36,078 nt of DNA. Origin: a virus (lineage: Duplodnaviria; Caudoviricetes). The stretch lies in IMG/VR virus record IMGVR_UViG_3300008085_000069, positions 1 through 36,078 of that record, one strand, 5' to 3'. Shown one piece after another: positions 26,381 to 33,716 of this stretch. The translations under genes and the position numbers were made by a program. A model generated the notes under the pieces. The model ran no database searches. It was not told the origin of the DNA and was given only the letters and a program-made list of their open reading frames with translations. Each line of letters opens with the position of its first letter. Positions within the stretch are counted from its first letter, which is position 1.

Positions 26381-27004
26381 GTGAAATCCGAGGTCGACCT
26401 CTGCAACCTGGCCCTGTTTCGCATCGGCGTGACCACCACCATCACCAGCCTCACCGAGCGCAGCAAGGAGGCCATCGTCTGCAACGGCGTCTATGAAAAC
26501 GTCCGGGACAAGGTTCTGGAGGCGGCCCCCTGGCCCTTCGCCCGCAAGTTCGCCGACCTGCAGCTGACCGGCAGCGCCCCCGACCGCTGGGCCTACCGCT
26601 ACCAATACCCCACCGACTGCCTGGCCGTGCGCTCGGTCCTGCCGCCGGTCCCCTCGGGACTCTCGCAAAATCTCTATCGGCAGTGGATGCAGCAGTACCA
26701 GGTTCCCTACGAGCTGGTGGAGGGGGCGGACGGCAACCTGACGATTTGCACCGACCGGGAGGAGGCGAATATCGAATACACCGTGCGGGTGACCAATCCG
26801 GTGCGCTTCTCCGCCAAGTTAACCTCCACTCTGGCCTGGGCCATTGCCGCCGAGATCGCCATTCCCCTGGCCAAGGGGATTGACTACGCCAAAAACGCCG
26901 CCGCCATGTACGAGAAGGAGCTGTTCGAGACTTTGGCCAAGATGCTCAACGAGGAGCGGGCGGACGAGGATCCGTTCTCCGAATTCGAGCGGGTGAGGTG
27001 GTAG
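26381..27004 (+). CDS. Tail adaptor (tubular protein A-like)
   Basis: SEVDLCNLAL..IG, WPFARK, WAYRYQYPTDCL. Confidence 0.88.
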   Translation: MKSEVDLCNLALFRIGVTTTITSLTERSKEAIVCNGVYENVRDKVLEAAPWPFARKFADLQLTGSAPDRWAYRYQYPTDCLAVRSVLPPVPSGLSQNLYRQWMQQYQVPYELVEGADGNLTICTDREEANIEYTVRVTNPVRFSAKLTSTLAWAIAAEIAIPLAKGIDYAKNAAAMYEKELFETLAKMLNEERADEDPFSEFERVRW

Positions 27005-29704
27005 ATGAACAATCCCATCGCCGTCTCCCAGCCGTCCTTCACCACCGGGGAACTCTCGCCGAGTCTCTACGGGCGGATCGATCTGGCCCGCTACTATACG
27101 GCGCTGAAGACCTGCCGCAACTTCATCGTGCGCCCCTACGGTGGGGTGATGAACCGCTCCGGCAGCTATTTCGCCGGCAGCGTCAAAGACCACGCCAGAA
27201 AGACGCGGCTAATCGATTTCCAGGTCTCCACCACCCAGACCTACGCCCTGGAGTTCGGCCACAACACCCTGCGCTTTTTTTCCGGCGGCGCTCTGGTGGT
27301 CTACCCGGTGGGGCATGAAAGCGCTGGCGAGCCGGTGGAGCTGGCCACCCCCTGGGGCGAGGCGGACATCTTCGCGCTCAAGGTCACCCAGAGCATCGAC
27401 GTGATGACCCTCTGCCATCCTGACTACCGCACCCGGCAGCTGTCGCGCTTCTCGCATACCGACTGGACCCTGGCCGAGTTCGCCAACGTCGAAGGGCCGT
27501 TTCTCGATATCAATGTCGACAAGACCCTGACCCTTTACGCCTCGGGCTACTCCGGCGACATCACCCTGACCGCCGCCACAGGCATCTTCACCGCCGCGAT
27601 GGTCGGCAGGCTCTTCTATCTCGAGCAGTCCCCGGACATCTCCACGCCGCGCTGGGAAGTTCAGAAGGCGATGAAGATCAACGACATCCGCCGGGCCGGC
27701 GTCTCCTACTACCAGGCTGTGCAGGCCGGGACCACCGGCACCGTGCGTCCCTCGGTGCTGGATGGGATCGAGAACGACGGCGACCCGGGGGTGGTCTGGC
27801 GCTACCTGCATTCGGGCTTCGGCATCGTGCGCATTACCGCCTTCACTTCCGAGACGGAAGTCGCCGCCACCGTCCTTTCGCGCCTGCCCGACTCAGCGGT
27901 CAACGGCGACATCACCCGCGCCATCACCAACGTGGTAGCGGGGAATGAGGCGGTCTACGACCCCGGAGGCGGGGGGCTGATCTCGCCGGCCACCAACGCG
28001 GTGGTCACCTGCCCGGCGCACGGATTCTCCGACGGCGACGACGTGAGCATCTCCGGGGTCACCGGCATGACCGGCATCAACGTCTCGGCCCAGATCATCG
28101 TCAACGACGTCAACAGCTTCCAGCTGTCGGGGGTGATCGGCAGCGGCAGCTACGGCGGTGGCGGCACGGCGGTCAAGACCCTCTCCGGGACCAACACCTA
28201 CAAATGGGCGGTGGAGGCCTGGGGAGGCGAGCAGGGCCACCCGGCAACCACCGTCTACCATCAGCAGCGGCAGATCTTCGGCGGCTCTATCGGCCGGCCG
28301 CAGACCGTCTGGCAGTCGCGGGTGGCGGGCTATATCGATTTCGGCCAGTCCAACCCCCTGCTGGACGACGACGCCATTGTCTTCAATCTCAACTCCAAGC
28401 AGGTCAACGAGATCCGCCACTTCGTGGAGATCGGCGAGCTGGTGGCCCTGACCTCCTACGGGGCCTGGAAGATCCAGAAGGAGCAGGGCAACCTCGTTCC
28501 CCTGGCCAAGTTCCAGGCCAAAGGAGGAGCCTCCCACGTCCCCCCGGTGGTGGTGGGGGATAACGCCCTGTTCGTCCAGGAGAAGGGCGGGGCGATTCGC
28601 TCCCTCTCCTACTTCTTCGACTCCGACTCCTACCGGGGGCGGGACCTGACCATCACCGCCAGTCATCTGCTCTTCGGCAAGACGGTGGTCGATTGGGCCT
28701 ACCAGGAGGCGCCGTTCAACTGCGTGTGGATCGTCACCGACGACGGCCAGCTGCTGGGGCTCACCTACATGCCCGACCAGGAGGTGATCGGCTGGCACCG
28801 GCACGACACCGATGGCCATTTCGAGAGCGTCTGCTGTCTCTCCGAAGGGGGGGAAGACGCCCTCTATGCGGTGATCCGCCGGCAGATCGGCGGCCAGACC
28901 AAGCGATACGTGGAGCGCTTCACCAGCCGCTTCGTCACCGATACCCGCGAGGCGGTCTTTGTCGACTCGGCCCTGACCTACGACGGCCGCAATATGGGGG
29001 CGGGGATCGGTTTCACCCTGACCACCTCTGGCGGTTGGACTTATCAGGACACCCTGACCTTCACCACGGACGGGGCTTTCTTCTCCGGCGCCGCCGATGA
29101 GGGGGACGTGATCGTTCTGCATGACGATGACGGCGAGTCGCTGCGGCTGACCATCATCACCTACGTCTCCGCCACCGAGGGCCTGGTCCTGCCCAACCGC
29201 ACCGTCCCCGAGGAGTGCCGAACCGGCTCCGGCTTCGATGTGGGCCGGGACACCTTCACCGGCCTCTCGCACCTGGAGGGGAAGACCGTCTCGATCTTCG
29301 CCGACGGCAACGTCGCCCCGCAGCAGGTCGTCACCGAGGGGCAGGTTGCCTTACTGACCCCGGCGGTGGTGGTCCATGCCGGCCTGCCCATTGAGGCGGA
29401 TCTGGAGACTCTGGACATCAACGCCCAGGGGCAGACGCTGCAGGACAAATGGAAGAACATCGGCGCCGTGCAGCTGATCGTGGAGAAGACCCGGGGGCTG
29501 TTTATCGGCCCGGACGCCGCGCACCTGCTGGAGGTCAAACCGGAGATGAGCGGCTATTACGACAACCCGGTGGCCGAGGTGACCGGCCCGCTGGAGATGA
29601 ACGTGCTCTCCGACTGGTCCCGGGGCGGGCGGATCTTCATTCGCCAGTCCGACCCCTTGCCGGCCACCATTCTGGCGGCCATTCCGCAGGTGGTGGTGTC
29701 ATGA
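27005..29704 (+). CDS. Tail nozzle (tubular protein B / Bbp13-like) with an inserted FCCH-like beta domain
   Basis: QPSFTTGELSP.LYGRIDL, QEVIGWHRH, LSHLEGKTV, QSDPLPATILA; insert AVVTCPAHGFSDGD.V.ISGVTGMT. Confidence 0.92.
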   Translation: MNNPIAVSQPSFTTGELSPSLYGRIDLARYYTALKTCRNFIVRPYGGVMNRSGSYFAGSVKDHARKTRLIDFQVSTTQTYALEFGHNTLRFFSGGALVVYPVGHESAGEPVELATPWGEADIFALKVTQSIDVMTLCHPDYRTRQLSRFSHTDWTLAEFANVEGPFLDINVDKTLTLYASGYSGDITLTAATGIFTAAMVGRLFYLEQSPDISTPRWEVQKAMKINDIRRAGVSYYQAVQAGTTGTVRPSVLDGIENDGDPGVVWRYLHSGFGIVRITAFTSETEVAATVLSRLPDSAVNGDITRAITNVVAGNEAVYDPGGGGLISPATNAVVTCPAHGFSDGDDVSISGVTGMTGINVSAQIIVNDVNSFQLSGVIGSGSYGGGGTAVKTLSGTNTYKWAVEAWGGEQGHPATTVYHQQRQIFGGSIGRPQTVWQSRVAGYIDFGQSNPLLDDDAIVFNLNSKQVNEIRHFVEIGELVALTSYGAWKIQKEQGNLVPLAKFQAKGGASHVPPVVVGDNALFVQEKGGAIRSLSYFFDSDSYRGRDLTITASHLLFGKTVVDWAYQEAPFNCVWIVTDDGQLLGLTYMPDQEVIGWHRHDTDGHFESVCCLSEGGEDALYAVIRRQIGGQTKRYVERFTSRFVTDTREAVFVDSALTYDGRNMGAGIGFTLTTSGGWTYQDTLTFTTDGAFFSGAADEGDVIVLHDDDGESLRLTIITYVSATEGLVLPNRTVPEECRTGSGFDVGRDTFTGLSHLEGKTVSIFADGNVAPQQVVTEGQVALLTPAVVVHAGLPIEADLETLDINAQGQTLQDKWKNIGAVQLIVEKTRGLFIGPDAAHLLEVKPEMSGYYDNPVAEVTGPLEMNVLSDWSRGGRIFIRQSDPLPATILAAIPQVVVS

Positions 29705-30165
29705 GGGCGAAGATCGTTCAAGCGATTCCCGAGCATATTCCGGCCATCGCCGCCCGCGTGCGCGAGGACGACCGGCGCGAGTTTTCCGCCCTGTTGACCA
29801 CCCCAGAGCGGGCCATGCGCTCCGGGCTCGACCTCTCTCCGGCGGTCTGGACTGGCCTGGTGGACGATATTCCCCTGGCGATGTTCGGCGTTGCTCCGGC
29901 CGGCTTTCTGACCCCCGAGACCGGCCGCCCCTGGCTGATCGGCACCGACCGACTGGACGAACATGCCCTTCTGTTTTTGCGCCGCTGCCGCCCCCAGGTG
30001 GCCCGGATGCTCGACCACTTCCCGGTGCTGATCAACTATGTGGCCAGCTTCAATCACGGGGCCATCGCCTGGCTGAAGTGGCTCGGCTTCCAGTTTGCGC
30101 CGCAACCGGTCCTTCTCGGCAAGGGTGTGCCGTTTTATCGCTTCGAACTGAGGAGGTCTGCATGA
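29701..30165 (+). CDS. GNAT-fold protein (T7 gp13-like position)
   Basis: AMFGV, PWLIGT, LINYV...N..AIAWLKWLGF. Confidence 0.8.
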   Translation: MRAKIVQAIPEHIPAIAARVREDDRREFSALLTTPERAMRSGLDLSPAVWTGLVDDIPLAMFGVAPAGFLTPETGRPWLIGTDRLDEHALLFLRRCRPQVARMLDHFPVLINYVASFNHGAIAWLKWLGFQFAPQPVLLGKGVPFYRFELRRSA

Positions 30166-30665
30166 ACATCATTAAGGGTGCGACCGTTATCACCTGCAAC
30201 CCCGCCATCATTGGGGCCGTTGCCGCCGTGGCCAGCGCCGCCGTCTCCGGTTATGCCACCTATCAGAGCGGGCAGACGCAGAAGAAGGCCGGCAAATACA
30301 ACGAGAAGATGGGCGAATACCGAGCCCTGGACGCCGCCCAGCGAGGAGCCTCCGAGGCCGCCGCCAAGCGCGACCGCGCCCGCCGGATCGCCGCCCAGCA
30401 GGCCGAAGGGATGGCCGCCAGCGGGGTGGACATTAACTCCGGCACGCCTTTGGCGCTGTTGACCGAGACGGCCGGGCTGGGAGAACTCGACGCCCTGACC
30501 ACCGTCAACAACGCCCGCCGCGAGGCCTGGGGCTACCAGACGCAAGGGACTCTCGACCGCTATCAGGGCAAGATGGCCGGCCGGTCTGGTGTTCTCAACG
30601 CCGGGGGAACCTTCCTCGGCGGGGCTTCCAACGCCTATTTCGGCTACAAGGCCGCAACCGCATAG
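30162..30665 (+). CDS. Internal virion/ejection protein (gp14-like)
   Basis: SD AGGAGG; C.P + hydrophobic stretch, AASGVDINSGTPL, NNARREAWG. Confidence 0.85.
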   Translation: MNIIKGATVITCNPAIIGAVAAVASAAVSGYATYQSGQTQKKAGKYNEKMGEYRALDAAQRGASEAAAKRDRARRIAAQQAEGMAASGVDINSGTPLALLTETAGLGELDALTTVNNARREAWGYQTQGTLDRYQGKMAGRSGVLNAGGTFLGGASNAYFGYKAATA

Positions 30666-30673
30666 GGGGCAGA

Positions 30674-31048
30674 GTGAAGAACCATCGGTTCAGTCAAAGG
30701 AGCAAGGAGCGCCTGAGTGGTGTCCACCCCGACCTCATCGCGGTTTGCTACCGCGCCCTTCTCTTGTCGCCTCACGACTTCGGCATCACCGAGGGGCTGC
30801 GCGACAAGGAGCGGCAGAAGGAGCTGGCCGCGCAAGGCAAGTCCACCACCCTGCACAGCTACCACCTGACCGGCAAGGCTGTGGATTTTGCCGTCTTCGT
30901 CGGGGGGAAGCTGACCTGGGACCTCGAATTTTACCGTGACGTGGCGGCGGCGTTTAAGCATGCCGCCAGCGAGTACGGGGTCTCGATCACTTGGGGGGGC
31001 GACTGGAAGACGTTTGTCGACGGTCCCCACATTCAGATGGAGGGATAG
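30674..31048 (+). CDS. Endolysin, M15-family L-Ala-D-Glu peptidase
   Basis: FSQRSKERLSGVHPDL, ITEGLR, SYHLTGKAVD, WGGDWK.FVDGPHIQ. Confidence 0.92.
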   Translation: MKNHRFSQRSKERLSGVHPDLIAVCYRALLLSPHDFGITEGLRDKERQKELAAQGKSTTLHSYHLTGKAVDFAVFVGGKLTWDLEFYRDVAAAFKHAASEYGVSITWGGDWKTFVDGPHIQMEG

Positions 31049-31049
31049 C

Positions 31050-31439
31050 GTGTTGAATAAGATTCTTGGACTCTTCGCTCCGCCTTCCTATCGGGCCGCC
31101 TCCAAGGAAGTTCGCGCCATCGCGGTCAACGGCTGCGGCACCGGGGGATGGAAAGGCTTCCTGGTTCCCGAGACGATGTGGGGGCTGGACATCCGCGAGG
31201 CCTGCAACATCCATGATTGGATGTACCTGGCCGGTGAAACCATCGCCGACAAGGACGAGGCCGACCGCGTTTTTCTGAACAACCTGCTGCGGCTGATCGA
31301 GTCCGGCAGCCGCTGGGAATGGCTCGCCGCTCTTCGCCGCCGCCGCGCCCTGAAATACTACGAAGCCGTCAGGGTCTTTGGTGGCCCGGCATTCTGGAAC
31401 GGGAAGAATCCCCCCGAAACCATGGAGGAAGCCGCATGA
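31050..31439 (+). CDS. Conserved phage protein with NGCG...C.IHD.MY...AD..F motif (PLA2-like/DUF1353-like)
   Basis: VNGCG, ACNIHDWMY, DKDEADRVFLNNL, YYEAVRVFG. Confidence 0.7.
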   Translation: MLNKILGLFAPPSYRAASKEVRAIAVNGCGTGGWKGFLVPETMWGLDIREACNIHDWMYLAGETIADKDEADRVFLNNLLRLIESGSRWEWLAALRRRRALKYYEAVRVFGGPAFWNGKNPPETMEEAA

Positions 31440-31870
31440 AGTACCCCATCGCCATGATCACCATCGCCGCTCTTTTCACCGCCGCCTGCTCGCCCATCGG
31501 CAAGGCCATCGAGAACAACGAGGTCGCCGCCGAGCTGGCCGTCACCATTGCCACCGGCCGGGTCCTCGACAAAAACCCGAGCTGGGCACCGCGGACCGTT
31601 GCCATCACCGCCTCCGCCGGCCAGCATATCACCGGGGATGCCATCCTTCACGAGCTGGAGGAGTATGTCGTCGGACAGATCGACTGGAGCGCTCTTTTTC
31701 CTGATGAGGAGATCGCCCTGCGCGTTCTGCTGGCGGCGGCCAAGGAAGAGATCGCCGCCTACCTCGACGGCAAAGGGTACGAAGACCCTGGCCAGGCCAA
31801 GGTGGAGGCCTCCAAGGTGCTGCTCTGGATCAATCGGGTCGCTTCCGCCTACGTGGCCAGAGGCGTCTAG
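31436..31870 (+). CDS. Predicted lipoprotein in the lysis cluster
   Basis: MKYPIAMITIAALFTAAC lipobox; SD GGAGGA. Confidence 0.7.
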   Translation: MKYPIAMITIAALFTAACSPIGKAIENNEVAAELAVTIATGRVLDKNPSWAPRTVAITASAGQHITGDAILHELEEYVVGQIDWSALFPDEEIALRVLLAAAKEEIAAYLDGKGYEDPGQAKVEASKVLLWINRVASAYVARGV

Positions 31871-31875
31871 AACCT

Positions 31876-32025
31876 GTGAGGTGCCCCCTGCAATACACCG
31901 CCGACCTGTTCAGCGAGGGACTATGCAACGGAACATTGAAAATCGCCGACCCGGAGACTCCCGACGAGCGGATCGTCTGCGAGAAGTGCGGAGCCACATG
32001 GAGCGACGGCCGGAAACCCGAATGA
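31876..32025 (+). CDS. Small zinc-ribbon protein (49 aa)
   Basis: MRCP...C.G.L...CEKCGATW; ATGA overlap with 32022; not in the ORF track. Confidence 0.6.
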   Translation: MRCPLQYTADLFSEGLCNGTLKIADPETPDERIVCEKCGATWSDGRKPE

Positions 32026-33716
32026 GGGGCGCGGCCATCCTCACCACCCCGACCGTGCCGCGCTACGAGCCGACGGAGAAGACCGCCGCCCTGCAGACCC
32101 CCAGAGCCCAAGGGGTGGGACCGGATGCCTTCGGTGGCGGGCTGGCCCGGGGCCTGGGGCAGGCTTCCGGGGACTACCTTTCGGTGCTCAAGCAGGAGAA
32201 GGATCGCGCCGATGCTACCGCCACCCTGGAGAGGCGGGTCGGTCTCGACACCAAGGAAACGGAACTCACCTGGGGGACGGACGATAGCCCAGGGTTTTTG
32301 CGCAGAGAAGGCAAGGAGGTCTTCGGCCTGCCCGAGAAGGTGCTCTCCGACTATGACCTCTACATCGGCAAGCAAGAGGCACAGATCCCCAACGAGGAGC
32401 AGCGCAAGGCCTTCCGTCTCTTTGCCCAGCAGAGGCGCAACTCCCTCAACACCAACTTGCAGCGGCATATCAGCACAGAGAGCGAGAAGTACGCCAAACA
32501 GGCCAATGAGGCGGCCCTCAAATCCACGTTGAACAACGTCGCTCTTTACTACAACGACCCGCAGCGGATCGAGCAGGAATTGAGATTCGGCCTCGGGGTA
32601 ATCGAAAGCAATACTGAGAATGCCTCCATCCCCCGCGAGGCGGTTGACCAGCGCCGCGAACTGCTGACCTCGATGATGCATAAGACCGTCATCGGGCGGC
32701 TGGCCGAGGACTCTCCGCTAAGGGCCAAGGCGTACTTCGAAGCAAACAAAGATCGTCTGACCGGAGATGATGCCGCCAAGATCGAAGCGACCCTGAAGCC
32801 CCTCGCCGAGGCGCAGCAGGGGATGGACGCCGCCGGGGAGATCTTCTACGGGGCAGGCGAGGATGTTCCCCTGGCCGACATGCTCAAGACCGTGCGGGAG
32901 AGACACCCTGATAACCCCAACGTGGTCAAGGCGGCCTCAGCCGAGATCAAGGGGCTCTACGCCGCCCGGGAAGAAGCCAACAAGCAGGCCATCGACGCGG
33001 CCGAAAGCGCCGTCTATGCCTCCATCGCCAAGGTAAAGCTGGCCGGCGGGGTACCGCGTCGGGGGGACGTGCCCCAGGCCGACTGGAATCGGCTGGCGCA
33101 GGTGGCGCCGGAGAAGGTGGAACAGATCCTCTCCAGCATGACCACCGGCCAGGGCTCCCAGCCGTCGACCGACCAGATCACCACCTGGGGGCTGCTGAAG
33201 ACCGACCCAAAGACCCTCACCAAGATCAATCTCGACTCCCTGCTGGTGAAGGGGAAACTCAACCAAGGCCAGTACAAGGACCTTATTACCGATCAGTTAG
33301 CCATCCGCCAGGGCAAAGGGGAGAAAGAGATCACCATCCTCACCAACAAGGCGGCCGTCGATACGGTCTTGAAAGCGGTGGGGATCACCCAGAACAAGAA
33401 CCCGGAGCGCTACGCCAAGTTCTACGAGGCGATGAACCGGCGGATGAAGGCCTTTGAGACGGAAAACGGCAAGGCCCCCAAACAGGAGGAGATCACGAAC
33501 ATGGCCCGGGGCCTGTTGTTCGAAGTCTCCCAGGACGTGAACTGGTGGCCCATCGACAAGTCCGTTCCGGCTTTCGAGGCGGACACGGAGAAAATCCGGG
33601 TACCGGCCAAGGACCAGGCGGCCATCACCCAGAAGCTCAAGACGCGGGGCATCCCGGTCACCGAGGCAACGATCCGGGAGGTCTACCTGGAGGCGCAAAA
33701 AAGGGGAGGCAGTTAA
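32022..33716 (+). CDS. Internal virion/ejection protein (gp15-like)
   Basis: PTVPRYE...AFGGGLARGL N-terminal pattern; helical; precedes the giant ejection protein. Confidence 0.8.
   Translation: MRGAAILTTPTVPRYEPTEKTAALQTPRAQGVGPDAFGGGLARGLGQASGDYLSVLKQEKDRADATATLERRVGLDTKETELTWGTDDSPGFLRREGKEVFGLPEKVLSDYDLYIGKQEAQIPNEEQRKAFRLFAQQRRNSLNTNLQRHISTESEKYAKQANEAALKSTLNNVALYYNDPQRIEQELRFGLGVIESNTENASIPREAVDQRRELLTSMMHKTVIGRLAEDSPLRAKAYFEANKDRLTGDDAAKIEATLKPLAEAQQGMDAAGEIFYGAGEDVPLADMLKTVRERHPDNPNVVKAASAEIKGLYAAREEANKQAIDAAESAVYASIAKVKLAGGVPRRGDVPQADWNRLAQVAPEKVEQILSSMTTGQGSQPSTDQITTWGLLKTDPKTLTKINLDSLLVKGKLNQGQYKDLITDQLAIRQGKGEKEITILTNKAAVDTVLKAVGITQNKNPERYAKFYEAMNRRMKAFETENGKAPKQEEITNMARGLLFEVSQDVNWWPIDKSVPAFEADTEKIRVPAKDQAAITQKLKTRGIPVTEATIREVYLEAQKRGGS

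Noticed and set aside
22722-27007. Stop-codon reassignment (TAG readthrough code)
   Set aside because: Genes are full length in code 11, all three stop codons end genes, downstream genes have their own SDs, and no suppressor tRNA is seen
31548-32021. 158-aa N-terminal extension of ORF 31548..33716
   Set aside because: It overlaps the lipoprotein and Zn-ribbon genes; the true start is likely ATG 32022
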